Assembly: GCA_963702025.1 (NCBI GenBank)
Contig: OY969699.1
Location: 1,088,001-1,152,000 of the forward strand
Direction of reading: 5' to 3'
Length of the DNA stretch: 64,000 nucleotides
Source: an uncultured bacterium
GTDB taxonomy: Bacteria > Babelota > Babeliae > Babelales > Vermiphilaceae
Within the stretch, counting starts at the first letter, position 1, and each line of letters opens with the position of its first letter. Positions 47,777 through 56,671 of this stretch are shown piece by piece. The notes under the pieces are model-generated. The model was not told where the DNA came from, ran no database searches, and saw only the letters and a program-made list of their open reading frames with translations. Both the position numbers and the translations under genes were made by a program.

Positions 47777-49039
47777 ATGAGCGAATACAGACCATTTTTG
47801 TTGTTCTTAGGCCTAATAACCATGCAAATACCCACGGTAGCAAAAAAAGCACTAGTGGTAGTTCCGGTGGCAGATTTACTTGGGGCACCGATAAAAACAT
47901 TCGGCATTGCGCCAACCGTTAAAGAATCATACCAAAATATCGCATTATGTGGCGGAAAAAACAACTCGAGCCAAGGATGTCCGCGCATTCATCAAGCATT
48001 GTTTAACGAAGAAGTAGAAATTATTTCACTCAATGAAGGAAAAAATGGAGATGATGGTGAAGTATGTATTGCCTATGAGCCGGTATTTTTTATCACGCAT
48101 ACGCTCCATAAGCCGCAAAATCTCTTTTGGACCAGCGCTAAAAATATAAAACTATTGGCGACTTTGAAAAAAAAGAACGTATTACTTGAACATATCCCCG
48201 CAACCCCATCATTTAAATCACATGCTCACGAGCAAAACTTTCCAACTATTGTACTCAAAAAACCTTTTTTTGATGCATCCCTTAATCTTACCTTTTCTGC
48301 CGGCACTCGATTTGTTATTGATACTTCTAACGGCGATGAAAAAAATTATTTGGCATTTGTTCTAGATACAATAACGCTTAGTGAGAGGTTAACTCCAATT
48401 CCTAAAAATTATGCCGTACCAGTTGTAGCCAAAGCACCACAAGAAGCTATTAGATGCTTTGTTGCACTTTTAAAAGAATGGGCGCACTGTCCGCATGGCC
48501 AGATCGCCTATGTTTGGGGCGGATGTAGCTTTAGCCAATGCTGTCCGGAGCATGATTTTACAGAAACAGAAATCAATAACAACGGGAAAACAGCAACCGT
48601 ATGTATCTGCAGCTCTTGTAATGTATGCCCACAAACGGGCCCTGATTGCGCCGGATTGATTCTACTGGCGGCGCAGATATGCGGCATTCCCTACTTTTTT
48701 AAAAATACCTATACTTTAGCTCATTATTTAAAACCGTTACGGCATCACGACACTTTGCACGAGGGTGACCTTATATGGATACCGGGACACGTAATGGTGG
48801 TTAGTGATATTAAAAATAATTTATTAATCGAGGCTCGTGGTTACAGCCATGGATTTGGGATTGTCCATGAAATTCCCCTCTCAAAAGTCTTCGCGGGTAT
48901 TCATACTTATGAGCACTTAAAACACGCCTATGCAAATCAATCCCATCTTGCACGGATGAATAAGCAAGGAGTAATTGTAGAAAATATTAAGCACTGCAAA
49001 CTCCTTAGGCTCTCATCAGCATGGGATTATGCTTATTAA
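47777..49039 (+). CDS. NlpC/P60 (YkfC-like) peptidoglycan peptidase
   Basis: 'YVWGG', 'GPDCAG', 'GDLIWIPGHV', 'IEA'. Confidence 0.85.
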   Translation: MSEYRPFLLFLGLITMQIPTVAKKALVVVPVADLLGAPIKTFGIAPTVKESYQNIALCGGKNNSSQGCPRIHQALFNEEVEIISLNEGKNGDDGEVCIAYEPVFFITHTLHKPQNLFWTSAKNIKLLATLKKKNVLLEHIPATPSFKSHAHEQNFPTIVLKKPFFDASLNLTFSAGTRFVIDTSNGDEKNYLAFVLDTITLSERLTPIPKNYAVPVVAKAPQEAIRCFVALLKEWAHCPHGQIAYVWGGCSFSQCCPEHDFTETEINNNGKTATVCICSSCNVCPQTGPDCAGLILLAAQICGIPYFFKNTYTLAHYLKPLRHHDTLHEGDLIWIPGHVMVVSDIKNNLLIEARGYSHGFGIVHEIPLSKVFAGIHTYEHLKHAYANQSHLARMNKQGVIVENIKHCKLLRLSSAWDYAY

Positions 49040-49120
49040 CTAACTTCCGGCGGTAGTAACAACAGTAGTTTTACGGTATACTCCATCCCAGTTATCACCT
49101 TGTTCAAAAGGATACACGCC

Positions 49121-50335
49121 ATGAAAACAAATTCGTTATTATTTCTTATTTTCTTTGCGGCCACTACCAATTCTACTAACTTTGAGCGCACTGCATTCTG
49201 CATTACTACCGTTGCGGATATTGTGCGGCATCAGATCACGGATGATACTGCTTCTTATCAGGAAGTAAAACAGGCATATGAATCCTTACCCGCTTCCTGG
49301 GGCCCGGCGCTCAAAGATAAAGTAACCTGCCCTCGCGAGCACCAGCTTTTGCTCCACGAAATAGTAACAATACTCAAAGAAACTAATGCTGAAGCATTTG
49401 TTGCGGTAAAAAATTGTATGACCAAAAATGAAGATAATGAATCGGTTTCGGTGCAAGGTTGGATGCGCAAGGATCAGCTTGAAGATATTCAGTATCTTGA
49501 TGGATATGTCCCCGGTTTACCCAAACCCATTAATTGGCAATCGGGCGCCATAGAATCAGAAGTAACCTTAATTAGTCCTTATCGGGATGACGAAGGCATT
49601 TTTTATTCTGCAGGCACGCGCTTTGTTTTATTAGAAGAAACAGAGGATTCTTATCGAGTAGCAGCATATAGTAAAGCAATGCATCGATTCAAAGCAATCG
49701 AGCTACCACAAACAATCTGCGCCTATAAAACACATACACTAAGCATTGATGAGCGCCGCGAACTATTTTGCCGTTTGGCAACCATGTGGGCATCAATACC
49801 CGATGCGTGCATACCATTGGTCTGGGGCGGCGCAAGCGTCGGCAAAGCATGGGAGCAGGATGACTATTTTGCGGTCAATTATTCTACGAGCGAAAATGAG
49901 AGAGTAACAGCATGGGCAAGACCATTATATGGCAGCAATGGTCCTTACATGGGCCTTGATGCGTCAGGCGGCATCTTGCGTGCGCTGCAATCGATCGGCA
50001 TCGCCTATTTTTGCCGAAATTCGCTCACCGCATATGCAGAACTTGAGCAGTATGCACTGCACGAAACATTCAAAAAAGGTGATTTAATCTGGTTACCCGG
50101 TGCACTACTCATTATTACGAGCCTTGAAGACAACCTCGTTGTCACTGCAATGAGTTATACATCCGGCTACGGCGCTTGGACAACATTACAACTCCATGCG
50201 GTCTTTAAAGGTATTTATTCGTATCAAGATCTACGCAACGCATACCAACACAATAAAGAATTAACACTCCTCAATAAAGATGGCAGCATTGCGCGCACCG
50301 CACCTTTTGCCATATTGAAGTTGCCATTACGATGA
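49121..50335 (+). CDS. Catalytically inactive NlpC/P60 paralog
   Basis: Colinear with the upstream gene, but 'GLDASG' and 'GDLIWLPGAL' replace the catalytic Cys and His. Confidence 0.8.
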   Translation: MKTNSLLFLIFFAATTNSTNFERTAFCITTVADIVRHQITDDTASYQEVKQAYESLPASWGPALKDKVTCPREHQLLLHEIVTILKETNAEAFVAVKNCMTKNEDNESVSVQGWMRKDQLEDIQYLDGYVPGLPKPINWQSGAIESEVTLISPYRDDEGIFYSAGTRFVLLEETEDSYRVAAYSKAMHRFKAIELPQTICAYKTHTLSIDERRELFCRLATMWASIPDACIPLVWGGASVGKAWEQDDYFAVNYSTSENERVTAWARPLYGSNGPYMGLDASGGILRALQSIGIAYFCRNSLTAYAELEQYALHETFKKGDLIWLPGALLIITSLEDNLVVTAMSYTSGYGAWTTLQLHAVFKGIYSYQDLRNAYQHNKELTLLNKDGSIARTAPFAILKLPLR

Positions 50336-51088
50336 ATAGCGTGACCACCAAGAGCGCGTTATTTCTTTAAAAATGCTCACCGCAAAACTAATCACGATAT
50401 ACAGTGTCGCCGCGGCAAGAAATAAAGGATACCCTTTGCTTAATGCCCATACGGCAAAAAGAGCTGCCAGTAGTAAAGCGCCGCCGGTTGCAAGACGCAT
50501 TTTGATATATTTTGATGAAGGAAATTTTACCGAAGAGATCATAAGCAGCGCAATAATCGTTACCATAAATGCAATGCGATCTGCTTTGAGAGCAGTAGAA
50601 AATACTGATGATGCAATCCATTTTTCTGAGATAACCACATTGGCAAAAAAGAAGGCGGCTATTGTTGTTGGCAAGCCGATAAATGATGTGCCCTGATCAA
50701 TTGTTGTGGAATTAAAACGGGCAAGCCGAAAAAGTCCGGAACATAAATAAAGCCCCAAAACAACCATGCCGGCACTACCAAGTTCGTATAATGACCAACT
50801 ATACAATAATACGGCCGGTGCAAACACAAATGAAATTGCGTCGCACAGTGAATCAAGTTCCATTCCAAGCACACTCGTTGATCCGATCATTCGGGCCAAT
50901 CTTCCATCGCAAAGATCAAGACATGCCGCAATTATTATAAAAAAAGCGGCCATAAGATATTGTTCATCGAGGGTTTTAAGAACCGACATAAAGCCGCAAA
51001 TTGCATTACCAAAGGTGAAAAAAAAAGGAATTAAATGAAGATTTTTTTTCCCGGAATTTTGTAATTTATTAAATGAAATAATTTTCAT
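50327..51088 (-). CDS. pssA: CDP-diacylglycerol--serine O-phosphatidyltransferase
   Basis: 'DLCDGRLAR...GMELDSLCD', 'RLARFN', 'FIGLP'; coupled to psd. Confidence 0.92.
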   Translation of the reverse strand: MKIISFNKLQNSGKKNLHLIPFFFTFGNAICGFMSVLKTLDEQYLMAAFFIIIAACLDLCDGRLARMIGSTSVLGMELDSLCDAISFVFAPAVLLYSWSLYELGSAGMVVLGLYLCSGLFRLARFNSTTIDQGTSFIGLPTTIAAFFFANVVISEKWIASSVFSTALKADRIAFMVTIIALLMISSVKFPSSKYIKMRLATGGALLLAALFAVWALSKGYPLFLAAATLYIVISFAVSIFKEITRSWWSRYSS

Positions 51089-51714
51089 ACCAGCCTCCCC
51101 AACACTGTTTTGCCACCATATACTTTTTGACCAATTTCTACGCTCAGGATACTCCCTTCAGGCAACACTACATCAACTCGTGAGCTAAATTTTATCATGC
51201 CATATTTTTGGCCTGCCGCAACAGTTTCATGTGGCTTAGCCCAACAAACAATGCGACGCGCAACAGTGCCGGCAATTTGCCGAACAAGAATCTTTTTGCC
51301 GCTCGCATGGCGAATTATCAAATCATTATGTTCATTTAATTCTGAACTCTTCGGCAAAAATGCCATCATAAATTTTCCCGGCACATAGATGATTTGCTCT
51401 ATCACGCCTGCCACCGGAGTCCAGTTTACATGAACATTCAGCGGTGAAAGAAAGATAGAAACTTTTTGTTTATCAGGGCTGATAGCAACTATAGTACCAT
51501 CTGCCGGACATACGATCACATTAGGATCCGCTAATGCTTCCGGGCAAATCCGATCAGGGTTGCGAAAGAAATAGAAACAAAAAACAAAAAGAATAAGTGC
51601 GATAAAAGTAAGTGGTTTAAAGAACAACCAACCAACTGCAGCCAATAGTCCCAATCCAATAACTAACCAGAGACTTTCGGTCCAAATAAGATTTGTGGTG
51701 ATCGTTGAAAGCAT
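51085..51714 (-). CDS. psd: Phosphatidylserine decarboxylase
   Basis: 'FFRNPDR', 'PADG', 'IFLSPLNVHVN', 'QIAGTVARRI', 'KFSSRVD'. Confidence 0.93.
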   Translation of the reverse strand: MLSTITTNLIWTESLWLVIGLGLLAAVGWLFFKPLTFIALILFVFCFYFFRNPDRICPEALADPNVIVCPADGTIVAISPDKQKVSIFLSPLNVHVNWTPVAGVIEQIIYVPGKFMMAFLPKSSELNEHNDLIIRHASGKKILVRQIAGTVARRIVCWAKPHETVAAGQKYGMIKFSSRVDVVLPEGSILSVEIGQKVYGGKTVLGRLV

Positions 51715-51803
51715 ATGTATTTCTCTTTATTCTACTTTGCAAGAAAATAGGGTACCCTTTTCAGGATACCCATTTTTATCTTCAAATGAAATCATATCAC
51801 CTG

Positions 51804-52238
51804 TTATCGTCGCTGAACGCAAGGTTCAGGCCGATCATCATTGGCATAAGTAACTCTAATCTTTATATGGGGAAGCACATAGCGATAAAATATAACACCA
51901 CCGGCAACCAATCCGCCAAAGATCCAATAATGTTTTGCCATCGTGTCGCCCATCTGTGAAAAACTGCTTGCGCAATCGCGCGTCAATCGGGATGCGGCAA
52001 GGCCTAGAGAATGGGCACCTTTGATAAAATGCTCTTTTGTCCCGGCAAAATTATCTGCGATTGATTCAACAGGCAAATCTTTAGCAGCTTGCAAAGCAGC
52101 ATCTACTTTATCTTGGATCATCTGTGCAATTTCCGGACTTTTTAATAGTTCGGCTACTTCGGCAGATGTGAAACCAGAAAGTTGACGGCTCATCAATATG
52201 GGCAATGCTAATAAGACGATTTTATTTATTATGTTCAT
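51804..52238 (-). CDS. Exported/membrane hypothetical protein
   Basis: Signal peptide and a C-terminal TM segment. Confidence 0.7.
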   Translation of the reverse strand: MNIINKIVLLALPILMSRQLSGFTSAEVAELLKSPEIAQMIQDKVDAALQAAKDLPVESIADNFAGTKEHFIKGAHSLGLAASRLTRDCASSFSQMGDTMAKHYWIFGGLVAGGVIFYRYVLPHIKIRVTYANDDRPEPCVQRR

Positions 52239-52281
52239 AATGTTACCGCTATTTTCTAAATAAAATTTAAACCCTTATGCA

Positions 52282-53214
52282 TTATAAAAGCAGAGCAGCC
52301 TCTTCATCTTTAATGCAGAGAGGGATATTTGGTATATTCAGCTTTTGTAATGCTTGATCAAGGCAATATTGCAATGCTTCAAGACGCTGTACTAATTGGT
52401 ACATGCGCCAGTATTCCCTAATCGCACGCGCTTCAAATGGTAACGCATAGTTTCGAACCGCTAAATAAGGATTAAAGATCGAAGGCAACCCACGTTTCAT
52501 AACATCGGTATTAATAGATTCTGCTTCGTCTTTGCTTAATTCAATAAAGTTTTTGTTCGGGGAATAGTTAAAGCTTTTCTTTTTATCTTTGATAATGCTT
52601 TGCACAATATTAGTTTGCGCTGCTGCTTGATCCGGTGACAGTTCGAAACGTGGCAGAATACGACAATCATCAAGACAGTTTTCCAGCTTCTTAATAACCT
52701 TCATAAGATCTTTCTTTTCTTTTCCAATGATTGTTTTCATGCGCACAATAAAATCATGCTCACTTTTATCATCAACCCATTGCGACTTTTTCAAGGAATT
52801 ATAAACATCGCTCTGATTTGCCATAATATCTGCCGCCAATGCCCAATTTCCTGATTTATCGGATTCATTTTGCCAGTACATTAAGTTTTCCGGTTTATCC
52901 AATGGATTAAACATGTAGCGAGTTTTGTCTTCTGCGTCTTCAACAACTGACTTCCAGTCTTTGCTATATTTATGACAATTCACCAGATATGCAGTGCTAC
53001 CCAGAGCAGCTGCTGCCATGCAGGTAATGAAAGGATGATTTTTAGGAAATAATACCGTGTTTACTGCTGCTGATGAAACTTGCGATCCAACAGCCTTGGT
53101 TCGCGCAAGCCCTTTTGCAACTTTTGTGAAAATATGTGCTTGGTTTGGTGCGGTATAAAGACCTAATCCCATACCCATTAGAATGGCGATAAGTGATACA
53201 TTACGCAATTTCAT
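52282..53214 (-). CDS. Exported/membrane hypothetical protein
   Basis: GGAGG RBS; signal peptide plus a second hydrophobic segment. Confidence 0.7.
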   Translation of the reverse strand: MKLRNVSLIAILMGMGLGLYTAPNQAHIFTKVAKGLARTKAVGSQVSSAAVNTVLFPKNHPFITCMAAAALGSTAYLVNCHKYSKDWKSVVEDAEDKTRYMFNPLDKPENLMYWQNESDKSGNWALAADIMANQSDVYNSLKKSQWVDDKSEHDFIVRMKTIIGKEKKDLMKVIKKLENCLDDCRILPRFELSPDQAAAQTNIVQSIIKDKKKSFNYSPNKNFIELSKDEAESINTDVMKRGLPSIFNPYLAVRNYALPFEARAIREYWRMYQLVQRLEALQYCLDQALQKLNIPNIPLCIKDEEAALLL

Positions 53215-53374
53215 AGAATAACCTCCGTTAGAAGATATCATTGTGATATATATATTTTACTTTATAGTGTTATATTTTTTTGTCAATGCGATTAAAGCCA
53301 GCCAGGCAATCTGAACCTTAAAATGCTTAATAATAGCATCTTCTGTTTTAAAAATAATGTTTCAATTTGTAATT

Positions 53375-54559
53375 TTAGAGAGAAAACGGCTCGCCCGCTA
53401 CGATCATTCTTTTCAATTGGGAAAGACTGTGGCTCTTACCAAGAACACAAAATCCCTTGAGCCTACTTGAGTTTGCCAGATACTGATGGCAATAATCGGA
53501 ACCCTCCTGCACAAGAAGTTGATCGCCCCCCTCGCATGGATCCATAAGACCGGCCTGAGCAAAATCAAGCCCAAAAAAGGACGAACTCACAATGATCGCT
53601 GCTCCCTTATATTCTTTTGGTTGGCCCACCATTGCCTGCGCCGCATGAAGACCTTGCAACATGGCATCGGGCCAGGTGCAACTGGCAATCAACTGATTTT
53701 TGAGGGTATCAACTATTTCTATCGCATCCCCTCCGGCATATATATCGGGCGCAGAGGTCTGCAAATAACCATTTACACTAATTCCCTGAGAGCCAATAAG
53801 AATGCCAGCTTCCTGGGCAAGCTTAGTATTCGGCCGCACACCGGTTGCAATAATAACAGCGTCTGCCTCATGCAATTGCCCCGATACTAACCGTACGCCA
53901 AATACCTTCCCTTGCTCAGATTCAATAGCACATACTGATTGATTCATGAGCAGTCTTGCCCCAAGTGCTTCTATCTGAGATTGCAAGAAATGCGAAGCGT
54001 GATCATTTAAAAAATGCGGCAACAATCTCGCTTGTTGTTCGATAATAGTAGTATGAATGCCCGAACGAATCAGAACATCGGCACATTCAAGGCCACTCAA
54101 CCCTGCACCTACGACCATTGCCCGTCTGACCCCCTGCCTCTTAATTGCATCCAGCAACTGGTAGGTGTCGGCTAAGGTATGAAATGTATACAATCCCTTC
54201 AAGGAGTACTCAGTAACAAAATCCGGAAGAAAAGGTGATGACCCCAGGCCTAAAAAAAGGGTGTCATAATTGACTGTTGAACCATCAGAGCAATGCAAAC
54301 TTTTTTTTACTATATCCAATGAAATAACCGCGGTATTGTATAAAAATTCCGTCCCCGTATGCTCACTTAAAGGCAGCAGTACCTGGTCATACTGCTTTGC
54401 GCCGGCCAGAAAATCGGCAAGCAAACACTTATTGTAGGGCAACTCTTTTTCTCGAGAAATACAAGTTATTTTCGCATCAGGCGCTAAACGCCGCAGTCGA
54501 TTGAGAACAGCAATTCCTGCCGCTGAGGCTCCAATAATTACAAAATGATGATTTGACAT
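53375..54559 (-). CDS. FAD-dependent NAD(P)H oxidoreductase (rubredoxin reductase/NADH oxidase-like)
   Basis: 'IIGASAAG', 'VVGAGLSGLE', 'ATGVRPN', 'IYAGGD'. Confidence 0.88.
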   Translation of the reverse strand: MSNHHFVIIGASAAGIAVLNRLRRLAPDAKITCISREKELPYNKCLLADFLAGAKQYDQVLLPLSEHTGTEFLYNTAVISLDIVKKSLHCSDGSTVNYDTLFLGLGSSPFLPDFVTEYSLKGLYTFHTLADTYQLLDAIKRQGVRRAMVVGAGLSGLECADVLIRSGIHTTIIEQQARLLPHFLNDHASHFLQSQIEALGARLLMNQSVCAIESEQGKVFGVRLVSGQLHEADAVIIATGVRPNTKLAQEAGILIGSQGISVNGYLQTSAPDIYAGGDAIEIVDTLKNQLIASCTWPDAMLQGLHAAQAMVGQPKEYKGAAIIVSSSFFGLDFAQAGLMDPCEGGDQLLVQEGSDYCHQYLANSSRLKGFCVLGKSHSLSQLKRMIVAGEPFSL

Positions 54560-54716
54560 GGATTACTATGTATAGAAATTGTATTAGTGCGTTAAAAACT
54601 AGTGATATTTCTGATTCTATCAGATTGGATGAAAGATACCAAATTCTTGTTTTTTCCCAAAAAAAAATGGAAGACTTGCAAATGTATTTCGCACGTGTTT
54701 TAAAAAGGAGATATCT

Positions 54717-55940
54717 ATGCGAATAATAAAATATCTATCCCTGCTCAGCCTTTTAACCAGTATCATGATTGCAGAGGGAGCAGCAAATCCTAAACGCCCC
54801 TGGACATTTTTAGTCTATATGGCGGCCGACAACAACCTTAATCCTGAAGCAGACTATAATATCGCCCAAATGGTAAAAGCGAGTACCGTAAACAATGTCT
54901 ATATTCTGGTGTATCTCAACATCAAGCGCAGCGGCCAAGATAAAATGACACAGCGCTTAATAATCCAAAATGGCAAAATTCTCCAAGAAGGTGAAACAAC
55001 GGTAGAAGATAGCGGCGATCCACAAACATTAATTAAAGCATTGGTTTGGGCAATCACTGAATATCCATCCGCTCATCTGTTTGTGGATCTGTGGAACCAT
55101 GGTTCTGGGTCACTTAATCGTTCCGTTCTTGCGCATCGCGGCGTTTGTTATGATGATACTACCGGCCATTATTTAACCGATCTTGCCTATAAGAGCGCAT
55201 TTGATGTGGCAGTTAATCAATATCTCAATGGTCAAAAAATCGATATTATTGCCTTTGATGCGTGCTTGATGTCGGACATTGAAGTAGCATTTACGCTCGC
55301 GCCATATGCCAATTATATGGTTGCATCACAACAAACCGTTCCGGGTCCCGGATATGATTATTCGTTGGTGCTGGCGCCATTTGCAAAAGGAACACCGGAT
55401 GCGCAATCACTGGCACGCTCAATCGTAGCGGCATATAACACTTCCTATAAAAATAGCGAAGAATCCTATACGCTTGCCGCAACAGATTTAGGTAAACTTT
55501 CTGCAATAGTCGGTGCAACAAATAACATTGCTCAGCTTTTGGATACTTATCTTGCATCGGATGTTAACGGTTCATTGCAACAGGTTATCGCGCAAAGCGC
55601 CGATCCTTCTGTATGCGCCCATTTTGATGAACCGACCTATCTTGACTTGTATACCTTTTATGCAAATCTTTATACCCGCATAAATAGTGCAGGATTAAGC
55701 AGCGCTAATCTGGCAGCACTGCGCACTGCACTAAAAGCGGGCCTCTCATCAATTTCACAAGCAGTATTTGCTAATGTCCACAGCAATTCTGATTTTGCAA
55801 AAGTCCGTGGACAATCTATTTACTTTGCCGATATTAATGCTGGCGTTGAGCCATCATATGGTGAGTTGTATTGGACACAACAAAATCCACAATGGGCGCA
55901 ATTATTAAATGATTATGTTTATCTTGCAAGTAATGCTTAA
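54717..55940 (+). CDS. Secreted clostripain-family (C11) cysteine peptidase
   Basis: 'WTFLVYMAADNNL', 'WNHGSG', 'FDACLM'; signal peptide. Confidence 0.92.
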   Translation: MRIIKYLSLLSLLTSIMIAEGAANPKRPWTFLVYMAADNNLNPEADYNIAQMVKASTVNNVYILVYLNIKRSGQDKMTQRLIIQNGKILQEGETTVEDSGDPQTLIKALVWAITEYPSAHLFVDLWNHGSGSLNRSVLAHRGVCYDDTTGHYLTDLAYKSAFDVAVNQYLNGQKIDIIAFDACLMSDIEVAFTLAPYANYMVASQQTVPGPGYDYSLVLAPFAKGTPDAQSLARSIVAAYNTSYKNSEESYTLAATDLGKLSAIVGATNNIAQLLDTYLASDVNGSLQQVIAQSADPSVCAHFDEPTYLDLYTFYANLYTRINSAGLSSANLAALRTALKAGLSSISQAVFANVHSNSDFAKVRGQSIYFADINAGVEPSYGELYWTQQNPQWAQLLNDYVYLASNA

Positions 55941-55964
55941 AAGTAAAATTTCACTATCTAGAAA

Positions 55965-55987
55965 GGCCCGGGTGATTTCCCCGGGCC
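55965..55987. terminator. GC-rich hairpin between the convergent clostripain and tRNA loci
   Basis: ggcccggg...cccgggcc. Confidence 0.65.
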
Positions 55988-56012
55988 CGTATCTTTTGTG
56001 CTAAAAATGTAA

Positions 56013-56262
56013 TGTGCCCGACCGGGATCGAACCGGTGGCCTCCCTACTTCGCTAAAGCTACGAAGGGCTTACGGCAGATTGAGATCTACCGCTCTTTCA
56101 AACTTCTTTGCATAGCTTGTGATTGCTTAAACATTAATGTGCCCGACCGGGATCGAACCGGTGGCCTCCCTACTTCGCTAAAGCTACGAAGGGCTTACGG
56201 CAGATTGGGATCTACCGCTCTTTCAAACTTATTTGCATAGCTTGTGATTGCTTAAACATTAA
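56013..56262 (-). repeat. Two tandem 125-bp tRNA-derived repeats, each with a 32-bp palindromic insert
   Basis: Units 56013-56137 and 56138-56262 are near-identical; each holds the tRNA-Arg 3' portion plus trailer. Confidence 0.9.
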
Positions 56263-56337
56263 TGTGCCCGACCGGGATCGAACCGGTGGCCTGCAGATTA
56301 GGAATCTACCGCTCTATCCAAACTGAGCTACGGGCAC
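56263..56337 (-). tRNA. tRNA-Arg(CCT), CCA not encoded
   Basis: GTGCCCG acceptor stem, D arm AGCTCAGTTTGGATAGAGC, anticodon arm GTAGA-TTCCTAA-TCTGC, T arm CCGGTTCGATCCCGG. Confidence 0.95.
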
Positions 56338-56660
56338 AAATAAAGATTTCAAAGTACCCCAAGTATCTTGCCCGTGACTCCTGAGCGGAGTTTATCCTGA
56401 GCGAGCCTTTGCGAGTCGAAGGGGGCACAAATAAAGATTTCAAAGTACCCCAAGTATCTTGCCCGTGGCTCCTGAGCGGAGTTTATCCTGAGCGAGCCTT
56501 TGCGAGTCGAAGGGGGCACTAATAAACTATTTCAAAGTACACTCCAATATTATGACCGTGAGTTTATCCTGCCTACCCGCCGTCCTTCGAGATGCAGCTT
56601 CGCTGCTCCACAGGATGAGCGGAAGGAAGCCTTTAGTCCTGAGTTTAACGAAGGGCTTGA
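56332..56660. repeat. Tandem 91-bp repeats (two full copies plus a degenerate third) of the tRNA 5' end/leader, with palindromic elements
   Basis: gggcac… starts at 56332, 56423 and 56514; the first two units differ by 1 nt. Confidence 0.85.
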
Positions 56661-56671
56661 GGTAGGCTGGG

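Noticed and set aside
56013..56229. Functional intron-containing tRNA genes
   Set aside because: The copies lack the 5' acceptor strand and 5' D stem and have damaged anticodon loops, so they cannot form a cloverleaf.
56013..56337. Prophage or genomic island with attL/attR at tRNA-Arg
   Set aside because: The duplicated 3' ends are directly tandem with no cargo or integrase between them; the only tyrosine recombinase is a typical XerD about 49 kb away.
56013..56530. CRISPR array
   Set aside because: Units are near-identical along their whole length with no unique spacers, are derived from the tRNA and its flanks, and no cas genes are present.
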